A stretch of DNA of 64,000 nt. Source: Pseudomonadota bacterium. Lineage in GTDB: Bacteria; Pseudomonadota; Alphaproteobacteria; Acetobacterales; Acetobacteraceae. Each line of letters begins with the position of its first letter. Within the stretch, counting starts at the first letter, position 1. The DNA lies in contig JABBOH010000001.1 of the NCBI GenBank assembly GCA_019351895.1, forward strand, positions 185,757-249,756, given 5' to 3'. Of the stretch, positions 58,473 to 64,000 are shown in pieces. Under the pieces are notes generated by a model. It was given only the letters and a program-made list of their open reading frames with translations. It had not been told where the DNA came from and searched no databases. The translations under genes and the position numbers were made by a program.

Positions 58473-59411
58473 ATGACCCACCGGATTGCCATCATCGGCC
58501 TGGGCAAGATCGCGATCGACCAGCATGTGCCGTCGATCATGGCGAATGACGATTTCGAGCTGGCCGCCATCGTGAGCGGGCGCCGTGCGACGGTCCATGA
58601 TCTTCCGAGCTTCCGCACGCAGGAGGAGCTCTACGAGGCGATGCCCGACGTGAAGACGGTGGCGATCTGCACTCCGCCGGCGGGGCGCTTCGAGACGGTG
58701 CGGACGGCGCTGCATGCCGGGCGTGACGTGTTGATCGAGAAGCCTCCCTCCGCCACGCTGGGCGAGATCACGGAACTCGCCGCATTGGCGACAGCCGAGC
58801 GCCGGGTGTTCTTCACGACCTGGCACTCCCGCTTCAACCCCGCGGTGGAGGAGGCACGCCGCCTGCTCGCCGGCCGGAGGCTGCAGCGGCTCGAGGTCGA
58901 TTGGCGCGAGGATGTGCGGCGCTGGCATCCGGGACAGGCCTGGATCTGGCAGGCAGGCGGCTTCGGCGTGTTCGACCCCGGCATCAACGCGCTTTCGATC
59001 GTGACCGAGATCATGCCCGAGCCAATCTTCGTGGCGTCCGCGAGGCTTGAGGTGCCGGCCAATCGGCAGACGCCGATCGGCGCCGAGATCACCTTCGCGA
59101 CGCCCGATCCGGTGCCCGACAGCCGCCTCACCGCGATCTTCGACTGGCGGAAGGAGGGTGAGCAGAGCTGGACCATCTCGGCCGAGACGACGGAAGGCAC
59201 CCGGCTGGTTCTGACCGAGGGCGGGGCTAAGCTCACGGTCAACGACGAGTTGGTGATCGACGAGCCGTCGCAGGAATATCCCCGCATCTACGCCTTGTGG
59301 GCGCAGCTTCTCGCCGAGGGTCGCTCGCATGTAGATGTGCGTCCGCTGCGGCTGGTGGCCGACGCCTTCCTGGTGGGCGACCGCGAGCAGACGGACGCCT
59401 TCAAGGACTGA
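58473..59411 (+). CDS. Gfo/Idh/MocA oxidoreductase (galactose/arabinose 1-dehydrogenase-like)
   Basis: IIGLGKIAIDQH, ICTPP, IEKPP, WREDVRRWHPGQAWIWQAGGFGVFDPGINALS. Confidence 0.85.
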   Translation: MTHRIAIIGLGKIAIDQHVPSIMANDDFELAAIVSGRRATVHDLPSFRTQEELYEAMPDVKTVAICTPPAGRFETVRTALHAGRDVLIEKPPSATLGEITELAALATAERRVFFTTWHSRFNPAVEEARRLLAGRRLQRLEVDWREDVRRWHPGQAWIWQAGGFGVFDPGINALSIVTEIMPEPIFVASARLEVPANRQTPIGAEITFATPDPVPDSRLTAIFDWRKEGEQSWTISAETTEGTRLVLTEGGAKLTVNDELVIDEPSQEYPRIYALWAQLLAEGRSHVDVRPLRLVADAFLVGDREQTDAFKD

Positions 59412-59417
59412 GCGCTC

Positions 59418-60428
59418 TCAGCGTTTCAGGCGCGCGGCGCGGCGGGCGATGGCCAGAATTGCCGCATGGGCAACCGCCTCGGCTGGCAGTCCCGTCCGCT
59501 TGCACTGCATCTCGGCCTCCCGAAGCGCCAGCTGCTGCGCGGTGATGGCGGCCGACCGCCAAACCCCGGCCGCCTCCAGCATTGCGCGCTCGCGCCGGAA
59601 GAAGACAGGCGGGCGTAGCGCTTTCACGGCCTCGCCGGCTGAGGCGCCGGCATCGCGCGCGGCGGCGACGCGTGCGAGGCGGTCCATATGGCCATGGGCG
59701 GACCGGATCAGCCCGACTGCCGAGGCGCCTTCGGCGAGAGCTGTGGCCGCCGCCCGATCGGCCTCCGCGACAGCGCCGCGGGTCGCGGCGAACAGCGCGT
59801 CATCGACCGAGAGATCGGCCTGATCGCCGGCGACCTGCTGCACGGCCTCCATGTCGATCCTGCCATCCTCGCCCGCGAACAGCGCGAGTTTCTCGACCTC
59901 GGACCGGACGATGCCGCGATCCGATCCCGCATGTTGCGCCAGCCAGTCGAGCGCATCCGGCGCGATCGTCACCTGCTCCGTCTCGAACAGGCCGCGGAGC
60001 GTCGCCTTCAGCGCCGCGCCTTCTTCGGCGTAACAGGCGAGCGCGCCCGCGAGAGGCTCCTTCTCGGCCCAGGCGCGCAGCTTCGACCGCGCCTGCAACT
60101 CGCCGGCTTCCAGGATGATGAGCGAGCCGTCCCGGTCCCGGCAGGCGTCGGCGAGCACCGCCGCCAGGCCATCCGCGGCTTCCCGGACGCGCACCACGCG
60201 CCGCCCGCCGCTGAAGGAGAGCGAGGTCGCTTCAAGGGAAAGCGTCCCGGGATCGGGCCGCGTCAGCTCGACGAAGCGGAAAGGATCGTCGAGCGCGCCA
60301 GCCGCGGCGCGGGCCAGCGCCTCGCCCCGTTCGCGCACTAAGCCGGCGTCAGGCCCATAGAGCAGGACCGCGCGCAGGCGGGTGGCGTCGCGCAGCAGAC
60401 CGGCATAATCCCGGCCGTCGAGCTTCAC
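59418..60428 (-). CDS. holA: DNA polymerase III delta subunit
   Basis: VLLYGPDAGLVRER, SFSGGRR, RSEVEKLALF, PPVFF; downstream of lptE-leuS. Confidence 0.9.
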   Translation of the reverse strand: MKLDGRDYAGLLRDATRLRAVLLYGPDAGLVRERGEALARAAAGALDDPFRFVELTRPDPGTLSLEATSLSFSGGRRVVRVREAADGLAAVLADACRDRDGSLIILEAGELQARSKLRAWAEKEPLAGALACYAEEGAALKATLRGLFETEQVTIAPDALDWLAQHAGSDRGIVRSEVEKLALFAGEDGRIDMEAVQQVAGDQADLSVDDALFAATRGAVAEADRAAATALAEGASAVGLIRSAHGHMDRLARVAAARDAGASAGEAVKALRPPVFFRRERAMLEAAGVWRSAAITAQQLALREAEMQCKRTGLPAEAVAHAAILAIARRAARLKR

Positions 60429-60449
60429 CCGCGCGCCTCCCGCGCCATG

Positions 60450-61046
60450 TCAGCCGGCGCTCTTGGGGCCGGCCTGTTCCAGCTTCCGGCCGCTGACGGT
60501 GAAGTAGTGGGCGAGGCGGGCGACGATCTGGTCGGCGATGGCATCGGCCAGTCTCTCCACGACCGTGCCGGTCTCCAGCTCCTGACCGAAGGGCGCGTTG
60601 TCGAAGGCGTTCAGGCTATCCGCCGCCTGAGCGGTGTTGCTGACGAGGATCCGGTGATCGGGGCTATCCTGCGCCGTCAGCGACCAGGGTGCGGTTGCGA
60701 TGAACCGGACGTAGGTGATCGTGCTGTCGTTCTGGATGCCGAGGCCGACCTGGGCGATGTTGAACGCGACCGCGAGGTTGTAGCGCGTGTATTCCGGCTG
60801 CTCGCCGACTTCGAGCCTGCTCTGGAGCGCCTGCCGCAAGAGTTGGCCCGGCCGGTCCGGAAGCAGTGGCACCTGGACTTCGCGCAGCTGCGCCTGAACG
60901 GAGCGGGTTTGCGGCGTGCCGTTGCCGAAGGCGTCGGGCGCGTACAGCGGGTGCGGCGAGCAGCCGCCGAGGGGGGCGAGCGCCGCCGAGCCAAGCGCGG
61001 CTGCCCCCCAGCCCATCAACCGCCGACGCTGCAGGACGCGGGTCAT
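60450..61046 (-). CDS. lptE: LPS assembly lipoprotein LptE
   Basis: Signal peptide with lipobox LGGC, PLYA, DRPGQLLRQAL; leuS-lptE-holA synteny. Confidence 0.85.
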   Translation of the reverse strand: MTRVLQRRRLMGWGAAALGSAALAPLGGCSPHPLYAPDAFGNGTPQTRSVQAQLREVQVPLLPDRPGQLLRQALQSRLEVGEQPEYTRYNLAVAFNIAQVGLGIQNDSTITYVRFIATAPWSLTAQDSPDHRILVSNTAQAADSLNAFDNAPFGQELETGTVVERLADAIADQIVARLAHYFTVSGRKLEQAGPKSAG

Positions 61047-61053
61047 GTCTGCC

Positions 61054-63678
61054 TCAACTCGCGAGCACGAAGTTGACGATACGGTCCGGCACGTGGACCC
61101 GCTTGACGATACGCCGGCCTTCCAGCAGCCGGGCGACATTCTGCTCGGCCTCGGCGGCGGCAATCACCTCCGCGGCGGGCGTTCCCGGCGGGAAGACCAC
61201 AGTCCCGCGCAGCTTGCCCATCACCTGCACCGCGATCGTCACGGTTTCCGCCGCCGTCAGCGCCGGATCGAAGGTCGGCCAGGGCTGGTCCGTCACCAGC
61301 ACCGCGCTGTCCCGGGCGATGAGCGCGTTCATCGCCTCGGCCAGATGCGGCATCATGGGCGCGGCGAGGCGCGTCAGCATCTCCAGCGCCTCCAGGCGGG
61401 CGACCGCGAGCGCTGCGTCCTCGGGCGCCGCGGCCGCGTCCTTCTCGGCGTCGGCCATGGCGCCGGCCAACTCGTACAACCGGGCGACGGCGACATTGAA
61501 GCTGAAACTTTCGAGCGCCTCGGTGACGGCCGCGATGGTGCGGTGAGTGGTACGACGCAGTCGGCGGGCGGCCGCCGAGCCGTCGCCCGAGGCGTCGGCC
61601 GCTCCCGGATGAGCCGCGGCCACGCCTTCCGCGAGACGGTAGAGGCGCTGCGTGAAGCGATAGGCGCCGGCAACGCCCGCCTCGGTCCATTCCATGTCCC
61701 GCTCGGGCGGGTTGTCGGACAGGATGAACCAGCGGGCCGTATCGGCGCCGTAGCGGTCGATGATCGCGCCGGGGTCGATGGTGTTGCGCTTGGACTTGGA
61801 CATCGCCTCGATCCGGCCGATCGTCACGGGCTCATCGGTGCCGGCGACGAACGCGGTGCCGTCGGTCCGCCGCTCGATCTCGGTCGGGTACAGCCAGCGC
61901 CCGTCCGCACCGCGATAGCTCTCATGGGTCACCATGCCCTGGGTGAAGAGGCCGGCGAAGGGTTCGGCCACGGAGATCTGCCCGGTCGCCTGCATCGCGC
62001 GCGTGAAGAAGCGCGCATAGAGCAGGTGCAGGATCGCGTGCTCGATGCCGCCGATATACTGGTCGACGGGCATCCAGTAGTCGGTTGCTTCACGTGAAAC
62101 AGGAGAGTCCGCGTGCGGCGCGCAGAAGCGGGCGAAGTACCAGGAGCTGTCGACGAAGGTGTCGCAGGTATCGGTCTCGCGCGTGGCAGGGGCGGTGCAG
62201 CGGGGGCAGGGGACGTGCTTCCACGTCGGATGGTGGTCGAGCGGATTGCCCGGAAGGTCGAAGGTCACATCATCCGGCAGCACTACCGGCAGCTGACCGG
62301 CGGGCACCGGAACCGCGCCGCAACTCGCGCAATGGATGATCGGGATCGGGCAGCCCCAGTAGCGTTGGCGGCTGATGCCCCAATCGCGGAGGCGCCAGTT
62401 GGTTTCGCCCCGCCCCCAGCCCATCTCGGCCAGCCGCTCGATCGCCGCGCGCTTGGCGGCATCCACCTCCAGCCCGTCGAGAAAGCCGGAATTCGTCAGC
62501 GTGCCGGGGCCGGTATAGGCTTCCGTCTCCGGCATCTTGCCTTGAGCAGGGCTCACCACGGGCAGGATGGGCAGCCCGTAGGCGGTCGCGAAGTCCCAAT
62601 CGCGCTGGTCGTGCGCGGGGCAGCCGAAGATGGCGCCGGTGCCGTATTCCATGAGCACGAAGTTCGCGATCCAGACCGGCACCGTCCGGCCAGGGAGGAA
62701 CGGGTGACGCACAGTAAGCCCTGTCGGGAAGCCGCGCTTCTCGGTGGTCTCGATCGCCTCCGCCGTGGTTCCGAGCCGGCGGCACTCGGCGATGAACGCG
62801 GCGGCCTCGGGATTGCTCTCCGCGAGGGACAGCGCCAGCGGATGTTCCGGCGCGAGCGCCAGAAAGGACATGCCGAACAGGGTGTCGGGGCGGGTCGTAT
62901 AGACCTCGATATCTTCGAACCCCGCCAGCGCGGTGGTCAGCGGGAACCGGATGCGCGCGCCTTCGCTTCGGCCGATCCAGTTGGCCTGCATCAGCCGCAC
63001 CCGCTCGGGCCAGCGGTCAAGTTCACCCAGAGCCGCCAATAGCTCAGGCGCGAAACGGGTGATCTTGAAGAACCACTGCGACAGCTTCTTCTTCTCGATC
63101 AGCGCGCCCGAGCGCCAGCCGCGGCCGTCGATCACCTGCTCGTTCGCGAGTACCGTCCCGTCCACCGGATCCCAGTTCACCCAGCTCTCGCGGCGCTCGA
63201 CAAGACCGGCCGCGAGGAAGTCCAGAAACAGACGCTGCTGGTGTCCGTAGTATTCCGGCTGGCAGGTCGCGAACTCGCGCGACCAGTCGATCGAGAGGCC
63301 CATGCGCTGCAGTTCGGCCCGCATGGCGCGGATATTGGCCCAGGTCCAGGCCGCGGGATGCGTTCGCCGCTCGCGCGCGGCATTCTCCGCGGGCAATCCG
63401 AAGGCGTCCCATCCCATCGGGTGGAGCACGTTATAGCCGCGAGCCCGGCGGTAGCGCGCGACTACATCGCCCAGCGTGTAGTTGCGGACGTGACCCATGT
63501 GGATCTTCCCCGAGGGGTAGGGAAACATCTCCAGCACGTAGTATTTCGGCCGTCCGTCGGCTGGGACATCGGCGACGGCGAAGCAGCCGCCCTTGTCCCA
63601 GGCCTGCTGCCAGAAAGGCTCGGCGGCACGGAAATCGTAGCGGGGAGCCTGCGGTTCTGGCGTGACTGTCTCGATCAT
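61054..63678 (-). CDS. leuS: Leucine--tRNA ligase
   Basis: [12 protein letters not shown] (HIGH), [49 protein letters not shown]. Confidence 0.98.
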   Translation of the reverse strand: MIETVTPEPQAPRYDFRAAEPFWQQAWDKGGCFAVADVPADGRPKYYVLEMFPYPSGKIHMGHVRNYTLGDVVARYRRARGYNVLHPMGWDAFGLPAENAARERRTHPAAWTWANIRAMRAELQRMGLSIDWSREFATCQPEYYGHQQRLFLDFLAAGLVERRESWVNWDPVDGTVLANEQVIDGRGWRSGALIEKKKLSQWFFKITRFAPELLAALGELDRWPERVRLMQANWIGRSEGARIRFPLTTALAGFEDIEVYTTRPDTLFGMSFLALAPEHPLALSLAESNPEAAAFIAECRRLGTTAEAIETTEKRGFPTGLTVRHPFLPGRTVPVWIANFVLMEYGTGAIFGCPAHDQRDWDFATAYGLPILPVVSPAQGKMPETEAYTGPGTLTNSGFLDGLEVDAAKRAAIERLAEMGWGRGETNWRLRDWGISRQRYWGCPIPIIHCASCGAVPVPAGQLPVVLPDDVTFDLPGNPLDHHPTWKHVPCPRCTAPATRETDTCDTFVDSSWYFARFCAPHADSPVSREATDYWMPVDQYIGGIEHAILHLLYARFFTRAMQATGQISVAEPFAGLFTQGMVTHESYRGADGRWLYPTEIERRTDGTAFVAGTDEPVTIGRIEAMSKSKRNTIDPGAIIDRYGADTARWFILSDNPPERDMEWTEAGVAGAYRFTQRLYRLAEGVAAAHPGAADASGDGSAAARRLRRTTHRTIAAVTEALESFSFNVAVARLYELAGAMADAEKDAAAAPEDAALAVARLEALEMLTRLAAPMMPHLAEAMNALIARDSAVLVTDQPWPTFDPALTAAETVTIAVQVMGKLRGTVVFPPGTPAAEVIAAAEAEQNVARLLEGRRIVKRVHVPDRIVNFVLAS
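62086..62101. promoter_or_regulatory. Second parS-like site inside leuS
   Basis: TGCTTCACGTGAAACA, 15/16 match to consensus; encodes VSREA on the minus strand. Confidence 0.7.
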
Positions 63679-63744
63679 GGCGCGTCTATGCGGCACGGCC
63701 CGCCGCCGGGCAAGCCGGAAGCCGCGGCCGTGCGGGGATGCAGG

Positions 63745-63766
63745 CTTTCGCTTGCCTCTGCGAAAG
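63745..63766. other. Hairpin between DUF3576 and leuS
   Basis: CTTTCGC-TTGCCTCT-GCGAAAG. Confidence 0.35.
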
Positions 63767-63777
63767 GAAGCCGCCGG

Positions 63778-64000
63778 TCAGTTCGTCGCCGCCTGCACGC
63801 GAAGCTGCCGCGCGCGCGCCAGCACCTTGTCCTCGATCTGCTGATCGGTGCCGGGTGCCACCTCCGCGTCGACCCACTGCCCGTTCTGCGCCACCTGCTT
63901 GAAGACCGAGACGCGGACGCCGTCGGCGCGAAGATCCTGGCCCAGGATATAGGCCGTCGCCTTGTAGCGCTCGCTGGTATCGCCCGGTGGCTGGTACCAA
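63778..64000 (-). CDS. DUF3576 family protein, C-terminal part (runs off window)
   Basis: Manual translation WYQPPGDTSERYKATAYILGQDLRADGVRVSVFKQ..WVDAEV..IEDKVLARARQLR; usual neighbour of leuS; not in the ORF track. Confidence 0.82.
   Translation of the reverse strand, partial: WYQPPGDTSERYKATAYILGQDLRADGVRVSVFKQVAQNGQWVDAEVAPGTDQQIEDKVLARARQLRVQAATN

Overview
This is a high-GC alphaproteobacterial chromosome segment, most consistent with Acetobacteraceae/Rhodospirillales (inferred from gene order and protein motifs). It is almost entirely core housekeeping genes and looks origin-proximal. It holds kdpDE (kdpD cut by the window edge), a SorC/DeoR-type regulator, ubiG, lysC, a FabK/NMO-type flavoenzyme and ptsP. 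Next come DUF1178, the mnmE-mnmG-rsmG-parA-parB operon with a parS site, ogt, qor, grxC, comF, an HpnN-type MMPL transporter, hbd and a ZitP-like zinc-finger protein. These are followed by ftsEX-ydcF-plsC, a regulatory PTS cluster (hprK-rapZ-EIIA-HPr-EI), rplKAJL-rpoBC and rodZ-ispG-hisS-prfA-prmC-DUF4167. The window ends with a minus-strand run (hypothetical, nitrilase, NAD kinase, mazG, asmA, ATP12, acylphosphatase), phnW-like-fhs-sugar dehydrogenase, and holA-lptE-leuS-DUF3576 (partial). I saw no rRNA, tRNA, CRISPR array, IS element, prophage or defence island. I cannot claim a large novel gene system. The best leads are non-coding or structural: (i) a hairpin-rich, terminator-ended candidate sRNA/attenuator between the zitP-like gene and ftsE; (ii) a candidate oriC with a perfect DnaA box at the plsC 3' end; (iii) two parS sites hidden in coding sequence about 50 kb apart; (iv) a ZitP-like protein lacking its periplasmic domain; (v) a long, possibly switchable leader ahead of DUF4167; (vi) an orphan PhnW-like aminotransferase coupled to fhs. 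All assignments come from motif recognition by eye; no database searches or folding computations were run.
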